64,000 nucleotides of DNA from an uncultured bacterium (lineage in GTDB: Bacteria > Acidobacteriota > HRBIN11 > JAKEFK01): assembly GCA_963843285.1 (NCBI GenBank), contig CAWJJO010000012.1, positions 140,399-204,398 of the forward strand, given 5' to 3'. Positions within the stretch are counted from its first letter, which is position 1, and every line of letters starts with the position of its first letter. The position numbers and the translations under genes were made by a program. Shown here piece by piece: positions 35,935-45,296 of the stretch. The notes under the pieces were generated by a model. The model was not told the DNA's origin. It saw nothing but the letters and a program-made list of their open reading frames with translations, and did no database searches.

Positions 35935-37761
35935 TCAATTGACGTAACCTAACGCTTTTAGATTTTCGATCTGGGCCGGAGATAAATCATCAACCTCCCT
36001 GCTGAGCTGAAGTCCCAGTTGACGGTTCAAGAAAGGCTCCAGTTGGCGAGCCATTCCGATTTCCCTAGAATAGATATTGATCAGCTCACTTGGATCTGAG
36101 GAAAGATGATACAGTTCATACGTTTTTTGATTTTTTTCGGAGCGGATCAATTTCCATTCATTTGTCCGAACGGAATGCTTGACTCCTTTTCGATAACTGT
36201 TTGAGACAAGCACTCGATGGGGTGAGTCGAAACGCGCGTTTGCCAATCCTACCAGGTCGATCGAGTTTGGAGCTTGTTTGGATTCCACTTTTGTCGCCTC
36301 CAGGATCGTCCGGAAGATGTCAGTAAGCGCCACTTGCTGAGTAATGACGGTTCCCGGCACAATCTTTCCTGGATACCGAACAATCAGAGGAACTCGAATT
36401 ACGGGCTCATAAAGACTTGTGTGCCCGTAGAATTGTCCGTGTTCCCCGAGGCTCTCACCATGGTCGGATGTAAAAATCAATAAGCAGTTATCATACACAC
36501 CCTTCTCCTTCAGAAATGTAATCATTCGTCCTATTTGAGCATCTACTGTTTCCACTTCGATCCCATACAACTTCTTTTGGTGAGGCAAATCCTCGGGTGC
36601 GGCTGTGTCTGTATGATGCGATTTTACATGTCCTCCATAAGGAAAGTGAGGATCGTAGTAATGCAAGAAAAGAAAAAAAGGGGAATCAACATTCTTTTTT
36701 AGCCACTTGAGAGCAGAATCAGTCGCAGAGGGAGCATCTCTCGCCAGATCCCTGGTAAGAAAGGGAAGATCCGCAACAAATCTTCCACAGTAGCTTCCAT
36801 CAAAAAAATCAATCCAGCAGAAATTATCATCATATCTCTGGAAACCTCGATCCAAACGACAGTAATCCTGAAGCGGATTTCCGGAAACGAAGCCGCCGGT
36901 TCGGAAACCAGCCTTTCGAAGATACGTTGTTACCGTTGGAATGCCTTTGGGAAGACTATACCCGTTTATATGAACCCCATGAGTTAATGGAGAGAGGCCC
37001 GTCAGCATGCTCATATGGGACGGTGCGGTCTCAGGAATCAGAGAGACAGCTTGTTTGAAGAGTGCTCCTTCCGCGGCGATTTGGTCAATTACCGGTGTAC
37101 GAATGTACGGGGAACCATAGGCGCTTATAAAATCGCAACGCAGTGTATCCACGCTGATCAAAACCACGCGGTCAACTGAATTTTCCGATCGTTTCAGCGC
37201 CGGATGACCGGAATTGCGAACCCATTGAGCGACAAACACAATTCCGATTGGACCGAGGATCGCGAAAATCGAGATCTTAACGAGAAGTGACAAACCAACT
37301 CGGGAAAGGACATGGCGATGAAGTAATCTGGCAACCATCATGCATCCCATGTAAACCAGTATCAGAATCAAGACTAGGAGGCCACCCTGGACAATGACGG
37401 GAGTTTGCCTCAGAGGAAATCGGTAGCGAACAATCCATAAAGACATGCCCAGCAGAGTGGCGGCAGCCAATCCAATCTCAGGCCACAAGAACTTTCGAGA
37501 AATGGAATGCTCTTTATCCATCCATCCTGCAACTATGATCAACCCCTGATGAAGAACTGCCAAAAGGACGCTGCAAACAACTGCAACCACGAGATTGTTG
37601 ACCATGAAGGAAATGGTTTGTCCAACACCCCAAGAAGTATGTTCCGCCAGTATGCGAAATGCCGATTCCCAGGAAGTACCTGCGGAAAAGCAAACCACCC
37701 ACGCTATCAGTACACTTTGAAACCGATCAGGGGACCTCTTTTGGCTTGAACTTTCGTTCAT
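35935..37761 (-). CDS. Multi-TM plus sulfatase-fold protein with a Thr nucleophile motif (tandem paralogue B)
   Basis: 608 aa, collinear with 34057-35886 and roughly two-thirds identical by eye. PETAPSHMSMLTGLSPLTHGV. The C-terminus is LKALGYVN. Confidence 0.7.
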   Translation of the reverse strand: MNESSSQKRSPDRFQSVLIAWVVCFSAGTSWESAFRILAEHTSWGVGQTISFMVNNLVVAVVCSVLLAVLHQGLIIVAGWMDKEHSISRKFLWPEIGLAAATLLGMSLWIVRYRFPLRQTPVIVQGGLLVLILILVYMGCMMVARLLHRHVLSRVGLSLLVKISIFAILGPIGIVFVAQWVRNSGHPALKRSENSVDRVVLISVDTLRCDFISAYGSPYIRTPVIDQIAAEGALFKQAVSLIPETAPSHMSMLTGLSPLTHGVHINGYSLPKGIPTVTTYLRKAGFRTGGFVSGNPLQDYCRLDRGFQRYDDNFCWIDFFDGSYCGRFVADLPFLTRDLARDAPSATDSALKWLKKNVDSPFFLFLHYYDPHFPYGGHVKSHHTDTAAPEDLPHQKKLYGIEVETVDAQIGRMITFLKEKGVYDNCLLIFTSDHGESLGEHGQFYGHTSLYEPVIRVPLIVRYPGKIVPGTVITQQVALTDIFRTILEATKVESKQAPNSIDLVGLANARFDSPHRVLVSNSYRKGVKHSVRTNEWKLIRSEKNQKTYELYHLSSDPSELINIYSREIGMARQLEPFLNRQLGLQLSREVDDLSPAQIENLKALGYVN

Positions 37762-37769
37762 ATTCTGTG

Positions 37770-39288
37770 TTAGCTGTTCAGTATTTGATGCTCAGGTCGG
37801 CCTTTCATCTCGGCGGGAATCGGTACATTGAGAAGCGTCAGGAAGGTTGGAGCAAGATTCAGCAGTGGTACTTCTCCAATATGTCCTGCGCTGCGGATGT
37901 CCGGCCCCATTGCTGCAATAAAACCGAAATCGGAATGTCCGCTGTCCCGAATCGGATCCGGGTTTTGCTTCAGTTGAGCGCGAGGATGCTCCAACGTTTT
38001 CATCAGGTGGCTATGCGGTTTCCACTTCAAAAAAAGATCCGGAAGAATCTCAGGCGCCTGGACGCCAAATAACTGGTCACAAGTGAATAGCGAATGTACC
38101 GGACTCTGGCCAGTCGTGGGATCTAATAGTTTAGAAAACTCGCGTTGCAATTCTTCTATTAAGCCATCATATTCCTCTCGTGTAACGGTTCCCATGGGTT
38201 CACGTCCCTTCAGATTGATTCTTAGCCATCCCTGGTAAAAGGAAGGGGGTGCAAAAACGCTTGCTTTGGTCCAGTCCGTGCCTGCTGAGAATTGTTGCGA
38301 GATGATCCGTTCTCTTGTTTCGCGTGGAAAATGACGGCTGATCCCAATGCGCAACGATTCGGGCAGAATGCGACGCAGAATCGACATCGGATTTAAAGAG
38401 GGAGCACTTGAAGCGGGAAAAGGCTGATAGCCGAGTTCTCTGCAAAAGGATTCTACAAGTCCCGAAGTCGGGTAATGATTCTCCATACCTGCCGTGCTGA
38501 TGATGAATACCGTTGTGTCCGGGGGAAATTGCGCAAGTAATTCGTCGATTTCCTGATCGATCGCCTGGTAAATACTGAGAAGCGCCTTCATCATTTCTGC
38601 GTCTGGAACCTTCGGCGGCTTGCCTGATTCGGGTACATATTTCCAAAACTGATGACCACCGGTGTGCGATTCCCCAAAAGAAGCAACAATGAGATCAAAC
38701 GCGTCGGGTTTCAGCAGGTGTCGAAGTAAAATTCCCTTTTCTCACTCGCTGCATTAACTTACGGTACATCACGACTTCTTGATCGAAATCGTAGTACCAG
38801 TTGATTTCGGTCTTGATTTGAGGTCCGAAGACCCGGCGCACTTCCGAGAGGATTCCTTCCGGTTGCGCGGTCGGACCGAACGCCGGCTCATGAGTTGCCC
38901 AGTTGGAAATTTGAATACCGTCAAGCCCGGGAATCGGATACATTTCCTGCGCATCAACGATGGCTACTCTCTTGTTTTTGCCTCGAAGATGAAACCAGAA
39001 CGGGTTTGCTCTGGCATCTTTCGACGTTTTTAGTTCCAGTTGATATGTTCCCGGTTTCAATTGCCGGAAGTCATAGTAACCAGTCTGGTCGCGAGAAAGG
39101 CCACTCAGCATTGACACCCAGATGCCGTGTTCACTGATCATGTCCGATCCTGCCGTTGTTCCCCATGATCCCTTTTGCATGAAGCGGGAAAGCGTCGGCA
39201 AATGGCCTTCACCAGACCATTTCTGGATCAGACGCGGGTCTCCTGCATCAATTGCCAGGATCACTAAAGGCGTATTTTTTCGGCCCAT
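37770..39288 (-). pseudogene. Type I phosphodiesterase / nucleotide pyrophosphatase family (alkaline phosphatase superfamily) gene split by a 1-nt frameshift at an A4G3 run
   Basis: ORF 38695-39357 (VILAIDAGDPRLIQKWSGEGHLPTLSRF...) ends after MQRVRKGNFTS. Removing one A from the run at 38737-38740 (minus-strand AGAAAAGGG) gives ...RVRKGILLRHLLKPDAFDLIVASFGESHTGGHQFWKY.... This runs into ORF 37770-38594 (MMKALLSIYQAIDQEIDELL...IISTAGM...). The probable start is the ATG at 39288. Confidence 0.65.
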
Positions 39289-39316
39289 GCAATTACATCC
39301 CTTACTCTTTGCGGAC

Positions 39317-40495
39317 TCATGCTTGTTTGTGCAGAACGCGTTCGTAAAGAGCAACAAACCGCTCTACCGATTTATCTTCTGTCAGATGGTTTAATGCAAA
39401 GTCATGCGCCGCCTCACCTATTTGTCCTGCGAGGTCGCGATTGTTGAATGCTTTTAAGATTGCTTCAGCAAGCTGCAGATGGTCTCCGGGCTCAACGAGG
39501 AAGCCCGTGATGCCATCCTTGATGATTTCAGGAAGACCACCAATCCTTGATGCAACGACGACGGTCCCATTCATCATCCCTTCCATCGCTGCGATCGGCA
39601 ATGGCTCCGGCCACACAGAAGGTACAGCCTGGACCCATGCGGGAGCGAAGTGTTCTTGCACTTCATCTGGGGAAATTTGGCCAATGAAAGTAATCGAGGG
39701 ACTTATCTTTAGTTCATCCGCCATCCGTTTCAGTCGTTCCTGATCAGGACCATCTCCAGCAATCAGTAGGTGAGCATTTGAAATTTGATTTTTTACGATT
39801 CCGAAAGCTTGCAGCAATATGTCGCAGCCTTTTTCCTTTACCAGTCGTGCTGCAAAAACCACAAGAGGAGTAATGGACTTCCCTGGTCTTTTCTTTTGCA
39901 ATGCGACTCCGGGCCAGTTTACTTCGGTGGCAGGGACTCCTTCAGCCACAAGCCGGAGGCGAACCGATTCACTTACCGCGACAACCAGATCAAACACTCC
40001 CTGCCACCGGCGTTGCGCTTTCATCTGATACATCAGCGGAATCCAGTCGCGCACCGGAAGACACCCGGTTTGCAAACAAATTCTGCCGGCCGGATAGAAA
40101 CATGTACTCCTGTCTGGAAGCATTTTCGTTCCGAGAGGACAAATCGTTCGATACCAGACAGCGTAATAGATTGCCGGAATGTTTCGCAGCAACCGGAGGA
40201 TGAATGGAGAAAGTTGAGTGAGATAGATATTTGCGTGAACAATATCGGGACGAAACTCCGCGAGCACTCTTTTCAAAGATCGATAAGCCCATGGATTGCA
40301 GGACTGCAAAAGAGTCCGGAAACTCGAAGTCGTCCCAAAGCATTCATAATCCGAAAATGACGCCTGCTTACCCGCCGTGCTTGTAAACAAACGAGCGTCA
40401 TGCCCCCTTTTCCGCAATTCGTCCCGTAATCCCAGAAACTGCTTTTCCGCGCCCCCTCCGGGCGGAGGATTATCGTGAAGCAATAGAATTTTCAT
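39317..40495 (-). CDS. GT4-family (GT-B fold) glycosyltransferase
   Basis: MKILLLHDNPPPGGGAEKQ N-terminus. C-terminal EX7E motif (EPLPIAAMEGMMNGTVVVASRIGGLPEII..GITGFLV). Confidence 0.85.
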   Translation of the reverse strand: MKILLLHDNPPPGGGAEKQFLGLRDELRKRGHDARLFTSTAGKQASFSDYECFGTTSSFRTLLQSCNPWAYRSLKRVLAEFRPDIVHANIYLTQLSPFILRLLRNIPAIYYAVWYRTICPLGTKMLPDRSTCFYPAGRICLQTGCLPVRDWIPLMYQMKAQRRWQGVFDLVVAVSESVRLRLVAEGVPATEVNWPGVALQKKRPGKSITPLVVFAARLVKEKGCDILLQAFGIVKNQISNAHLLIAGDGPDQERLKRMADELKISPSITFIGQISPDEVQEHFAPAWVQAVPSVWPEPLPIAAMEGMMNGTVVVASRIGGLPEIIKDGITGFLVEPGDHLQLAEAILKAFNNRDLAGQIGEAAHDFALNHLTEDKSVERFVALYERVLHKQA

Positions 40496-40646
40496 AATGG
40501 TTTTTTCGTTTTCAACGCGACCAGGAGCCGCTTGCGCTATCCCATCTTCTGAAAAACAAAACAGTTTCGAACGAACATTTTCTCACAGTTTCAGCTTCTC
40601 AAGATAGGATACGAAAGGGCCGGGAAGGACTCGATCCGGTATTATT

Positions 40647-41900
40647 TCACAAACAGGACACTTCCTTTTTATTTGCAAAAACACCCAGACATAAAATGGA
40701 AAAAACGTATCCAATGTAATTGTCATGTAAGAATCTCGAAAAATACAGTAATCCAAGAGAAAGGATTCCGTAATTTACAAGCATAAGATTGATCGTATTA
40801 TTTTTTATCTGTCTCCTTAATAAGAAATACAACAACGGCAGTCCCAGTATGAACTGCAGGTATTTGAACGGGAAATAGTCATTCGTTGAGAATCCCGCAT
40901 ACAGGAGGAGGTTTGCAAATCCAAATCCGGGTGTCCCTCCCAAAGGATAACTCTCATCCCAGTGAAAGATGTCCTCTTTAAAAGAATGAAAATCCCACAG
41001 AAGAAAGGGAAGAACGAAGATTAGAAATATGAGCACTAGCGGGTATGCCCGATTCATGAGAAAAGATAATTTCCCCCTTACAGAGGACGATTCATTCTTT
41101 TTATTCAGGATATAGGCAACAAAAAACGGAATCAGAAACCAGGCTGTGGGTTTGCTGACACAGGCAAACCCGAGAAAAGCAGAAGCAGTCCAGGGCTTAT
41201 CACGTTGTAGAAACAGTACGCTGAGAATGATCCAGAACAGGAGGAACACATCGTTCCTCCCGGCAGCAATGAAAGAGGTGAAAAAAGGGTTCAAGGCAAA
41301 GGTAATGAGAAGAAGGGCTTTATTCTGATTACTACCGGTAAGCGTAGGGAGAAGGCAAAGAGAAATGATGAACATCAGAAGGTAGATAAATCTCATATCA
41401 AACCAGCCTATAACAGCTTTTGATAAAACATAAAATGGCGCCGGCAGGATAAATGTGAGCGGCAGATAGGTGTAGTGGCGCATGAGTGAGTTCTTGATCT
41501 CATCAAGCTTATATACTGTGTAGTACTCATCCAGTGCCGTCTTATAGTAATCTTCATGGTATGGATTCTTGCCATTCAGAAAATACTGAACAGCCTCTTC
41601 CGTCTGAATCACCCCGCCGTCGTGAGCAAATTCGTAAGGTTTCCCATGATGTTTCAAAGAGATTCTATGGAGACACGGTACGACAGCTATAAGAAATATG
41701 ATGGAAATAATGATCGTGAATTTACAACGGTAAACGGAATCTTCACCTCTTGTATTAAGAAATACGTCAATGAAAATATAAATTCCGAGGAGAAACAGGA
41801 GAATGGGGTAAAGGATTGGCTTAGCAGGGACGGATTTGATTACAGACAGAGATGCGAGAAAGAGAATTACTGTATCTATTGAAATGATATTTGTTTTCAC
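40647..41900 (-). CDS. Polytopic membrane protein, distant DUF2029/GT-C-like, in the low-GC island
   Basis: 417 aa. HDGGVIQTEEAVQYFLNGKNPYHEDY...YTYLPLTF, GRNDVF and VSKPTAWFLIPFF parallel the D..G..PY / Y(P/L)P / KP architecture of the GT87-like paralogues. Confidence 0.4.
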   Translation of the reverse strand: MKTNIISIDTVILFLASLSVIKSVPAKPILYPILLFLLGIYIFIDVFLNTRGEDSVYRCKFTIIISIIFLIAVVPCLHRISLKHHGKPYEFAHDGGVIQTEEAVQYFLNGKNPYHEDYYKTALDEYYTVYKLDEIKNSLMRHYTYLPLTFILPAPFYVLSKAVIGWFDMRFIYLLMFIISLCLLPTLTGSNQNKALLLITFALNPFFTSFIAAGRNDVFLLFWIILSVLFLQRDKPWTASAFLGFACVSKPTAWFLIPFFVAYILNKKNESSSVRGKLSFLMNRAYPLVLIFLIFVLPFLLWDFHSFKEDIFHWDESYPLGGTPGFGFANLLLYAGFSTNDYFPFKYLQFILGLPLLYFLLRRQIKNNTINLMLVNYGILSLGLLYFSRFLHDNYIGYVFSILCLGVFANKKEVSCL

Positions 41901-42047
41901 GGATATACCCCAAAGACCCGATCCGACGATCCCCCATGCGCCTTTTGCGCATGAAATGTGACAGGGGAACCTGCTGTCTATTGCCAGCCCGACGCAGGAC
42001 GAAAGTTAAACGGCCGGTTTTTTTGCCAAAATGCTAAATCCTATCTA

Positions 42048-43916
42048 TCAACCAATACAATCTTGAATTTTCCATTTTTGTACACAGTTTGGAATTTTGT
42101 GTTTGTCTCCGCATATAACACCGCGTATGAAAAGTTGTACTTTTGTTTGCAGGGATTTAAGACCTTCATCATTCATATGCTTATATTTTTGATTCATTTC
42201 AGGGATCATTTCAAAACCATGATTCCTTGGATTTCCATAACAGTCCAACATCCGGTTGTACCATTCTTCCATCGCTTTATCTGAAAAAGGAAATGCCTTG
42301 AAATCAACCACAATCGCCCTTCTTGCCAGGAGACGAAACTCACCCCAGTTCGGCGGCGTTAAGAAGACTGATTCTTCAGGCATATTCAGTAAAGCATACT
42401 TCTCAACGTCGACTCTGCTATTGTATGTTCCGTAGTTATAATCCAATTTCATACTATTCTGGATTTCATTCAATGATCTCAGTCTTTTTACCACCGGAAG
42501 GTGTTTATGGGTGAACACAAGGACAATGAATAATAAGACCATCAGCAAGGAGGCTGCAGCCACTTTTTTAAATGAAAGAGCGTCGATCAGATAGATAGCG
42601 ATCATAAAGCTGCTGAACACCGCTATAGAAGTAGGAGTAATTGATTGACTTACATAAAGAATTACCAATAACACTACAGCAGGAACATATTCGATATTTC
42701 TATATTTCCACTCGCTTCTGAACCTATCTTTCACTTTTTCCGACAACACGAAAGCTGCAATCGACAATGGGTTCAGCATAAAAGGAAGATACCTTTTCCT
42801 AATACCTTCCCTTGTTCCGGATTCAACGAGCATTCCCGCAAATAAAACGAGACCCACCCATTTCACAAAGAATAACAATCGAAACACCTGGGCAATCACC
42901 CAGATTCTTACAGGAATCAGCTCCACAAACACATATCCACCGATGCATATAACAATTGCCGAATAAATAAACATTGCTGAATATTTCGCACCTGGATTAT
43001 TCTGCAATCTTATGAAGTGATGGGAAATAACCAATATCGCAGTTACAAATACAACCCCTTTCACATAATCCAACATTCTAAAAGTACTTGGAATATAGTG
43101 ATGGGGATGTCGGAAATACGCGGTTATGTAAATAAACAAATCGGTTTTTATCTTTGCTTGAGAAAATTGTGGTATGGCGAAGAAGATAAATACTGTTGTG
43201 ATCGTAAAAAGACTCAGTGATATGGTTACGATTTCCTTTTTTGTAAATATGTTCCCTTCGATGAACTGATTAAAAGAATATGTAAAAAGCAACAGCCCAG
43301 CCATTTCCAGGCCAATCAAAGGCTGAACGAAGCTGGACAAGCAGCACAGAATCACGCCGATCAAAAGATTGCCTTGAAATATCGTCATGATCCCGCCAAG
43401 AGCCATAGGAGTAGCGATTGTTGAGGGCGTTAGAAGCCTGCTGTATATAACCTCAAAGTACCCTAATTCGAACGTTGGAATCACCATTACGATTGCAGAT
43501 GCGAGGATTCCTGCCATATCAGATTTATTGAAGATCATTCTTCCGAAATAAAATGTGATGATAGAGACGGAAATATTTGAGATATATGTCAACAACATAA
43601 AGACCAATGGCAAATTTCTTTCCGATCCGGATAGGAAGGCTAATATCTTTGAATAATGAATTCTGGCGAGTGAATTTGCATTTACATTGGTAAAGAAATC
43701 GTTACTCAGAAACGAACCGTCCAACAATCTATAGATCATTGGCAGTTGTTCCACATGATCGCTGACCCCATACCCGATGTATGTCAATAAGGTAGAAATG
43801 CAGCCGAATAAAATTGATAGAAATATGTATTTTCCGTTCCTCATAGGAATTTGCTTTTCGGGAACCGGCACTGAACTCGTCCGTCGAATGCAGTGATTGG
43901 CGTTTACAAACGTCAT
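42048..43916 (-). CDS. Large polytopic membrane protein of unknown function (possible glycan polymerase or GT-C-like), in the low-GC island
   Basis: 622 aa. SDHVEQLPMIYRLLDGSFLSNDFF follows the first TM segment. At least 12 TM segments plus a soluble C-terminal domain of about 130 aa. The likely start is M25 (43844). Confidence 0.35.
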   Translation of the reverse strand: MTFVNANHCIRRTSSVPVPEKQIPMRNGKYIFLSILFGCISTLLTYIGYGVSDHVEQLPMIYRLLDGSFLSNDFFTNVNANSLARIHYSKILAFLSGSERNLPLVFMLLTYISNISVSIITFYFGRMIFNKSDMAGILASAIVMVIPTFELGYFEVIYSRLLTPSTIATPMALGGIMTIFQGNLLIGVILCCLSSFVQPLIGLEMAGLLLFTYSFNQFIEGNIFTKKEIVTISLSLFTITTVFIFFAIPQFSQAKIKTDLFIYITAYFRHPHHYIPSTFRMLDYVKGVVFVTAILVISHHFIRLQNNPGAKYSAMFIYSAIVICIGGYVFVELIPVRIWVIAQVFRLLFFVKWVGLVLFAGMLVESGTREGIRKRYLPFMLNPLSIAAFVLSEKVKDRFRSEWKYRNIEYVPAVVLLVILYVSQSITPTSIAVFSSFMIAIYLIDALSFKKVAAASLLMVLLFIVLVFTHKHLPVVKRLRSLNEIQNSMKLDYNYGTYNSRVDVEKYALLNMPEESVFLTPPNWGEFRLLARRAIVVDFKAFPFSDKAMEEWYNRMLDCYGNPRNHGFEMIPEMNQKYKHMNDEGLKSLQTKVQLFIRGVICGDKHKIPNCVQKWKIQDCIG

Positions 43917-44187
43917 TGTCTCACAAAGCTGCTGTACCGGACGGAGGACTTGTCGGTCCGGGGGTCGCCGGGCAGGTGGAACTTTGCTCCTTTTCAGCCG
44001 AGGACTGCCCTGGACAATGGGCTCGAAAGCCCTGTTATTGGGGCATCAATCGAGCATTGAAAAACCATGATGCTTGAGGTGGGCATTTCTTGCTTGAAAA
44101 CGTGAACAAAATCTGAGATTCTGCAAGGACATTTTTTTATAATTTCCAGAGTCCGCCTCTGGGTCGGTTTGGCGCGGTATCAAAGCG

Positions 44188-45294
44188 ATGTTCTGTGTTT
44201 CAACTTTATTTAAGGATCAAAAGAGAATGACGAGAATGACAAGAACAAAAAAAATAGTCTCGATCCTATTTATTAATCTCGTGCTATTTACATTTTTTAT
44301 CTATTCTTTCGAATCCCTTTTTAGTCCCTATTCTGATTTGCCCGTAAATGGCATCGTGAATGGTGAATGGTATACGTGGGGTCACCGGGTAAAGAACAAT
44401 AGACACGGTTTTCGAGAAAAGGATTTTTCATATCCTAAACCCACGGGCACCATCAGGATCATGGTCTTGGGGGATTCTTTTACCTGGGGCGAAGGCCTTG
44501 CTGTTCACGAACGATATACTGCGATCGCAGAAAAACTCTTAAATGAGAATTTTCCTGACAGGAAGTTTGAGGTGTTGAATTTTGGTATCAGAAATGTAGC
44601 AACGACTAAAGAGCGTGACGTATTGCATAATTTTCATAGCAAAGTTGATCCGGATCTCATCGTTGTAGGTTTTTGTTTAAACGATCCTCAACCAAGAAGT
44701 CAAAGTTACAGTATTGAAAGAGAAAAGCTACAAAAGAGTGGACTTGGTCAATTTGTTCAGGACACATCACTTCAATTACGACACACCGGCGTTCCATATA
44801 CCGGCAAACTTATCTTTAACTCATTTTATAGAGCAGCTGAGTTACTCGACATCATTCCCGCCTGGCAAGTTTCGCTTCAACGAAGCTATGAACCATCATC
44901 CAACGATTGGAAAAATTTTATCATCGCACTAAAAGATATAAAAAACATAACTGATAAGTTAAACCTTCCCCCTCCTTTTTTTATCGTATTAAATCAGGGG
45001 ACTTCTACCAAATTACCGACGAACTATATGAATCCCGATGAAAATCTTAAACTTTACTTAAAATGGTATTCTCAGGCGGAAGAAGCAGCAAAAGAAATCG
45101 GTTTCATTTCACATAACCATGAATATGAAATCTCTCATCAGTTGCAGAACGAATCGCTTGCTGTCAATGTTCTTGATGGTCATCCATCAGCGAATCTCAA
45201 TCGTGTATATGGGAAAAAACTTTATGAACAAATAATCACGAAAAAAGTTCTTGCTGCACCTGGTGGCGCATACCGAGCATTAAAAGAGAATTAG
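44188..45294 (+). CDS. Membrane-anchored SGNH/GDSL hydrolase, in the low-GC island
   Basis: TM anchor IVSILFINLVLFTFFIYSF. Block I is VLGDSFTWGEG, block III is GFCLNDP and block V is LDGHPS. The likely start is 44227 or 44236. Confidence 0.7.
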   Translation: MFCVSTLFKDQKRMTRMTRTKKIVSILFINLVLFTFFIYSFESLFSPYSDLPVNGIVNGEWYTWGHRVKNNRHGFREKDFSYPKPTGTIRIMVLGDSFTWGEGLAVHERYTAIAEKLLNENFPDRKFEVLNFGIRNVATTKERDVLHNFHSKVDPDLIVVGFCLNDPQPRSQSYSIEREKLQKSGLGQFVQDTSLQLRHTGVPYTGKLIFNSFYRAAELLDIIPAWQVSLQRSYEPSSNDWKNFIIALKDIKNITDKLNLPPPFFIVLNQGTSTKLPTNYMNPDENLKLYLKWYSQAEEAAKEIGFISHNHEYEISHQLQNESLAVNVLDGHPSANLNRVYGKKLYEQIITKKVLAAPGGAYRALKEN

Positions 45295-45296
45295 AG

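Noticed and set aside
23978-37761. Annotating the four PF00884-like proteins as arylsulfatases
   Set aside because: All four lack the Cys/Ser-x-P-x-R formylglycine signature and have T-x-P-x-H instead, so sulfate ester hydrolysis is unlikely. They are kept as sulfatase-fold proteins only.
38200-38646. 148-aa ORF overlapping the junction of the split phosphodiesterase gene
   Set aside because: It is in the third frame, is Arg/Gly/Ser-rich and has no motifs. The family-consistent sequence lies in the other two frames.
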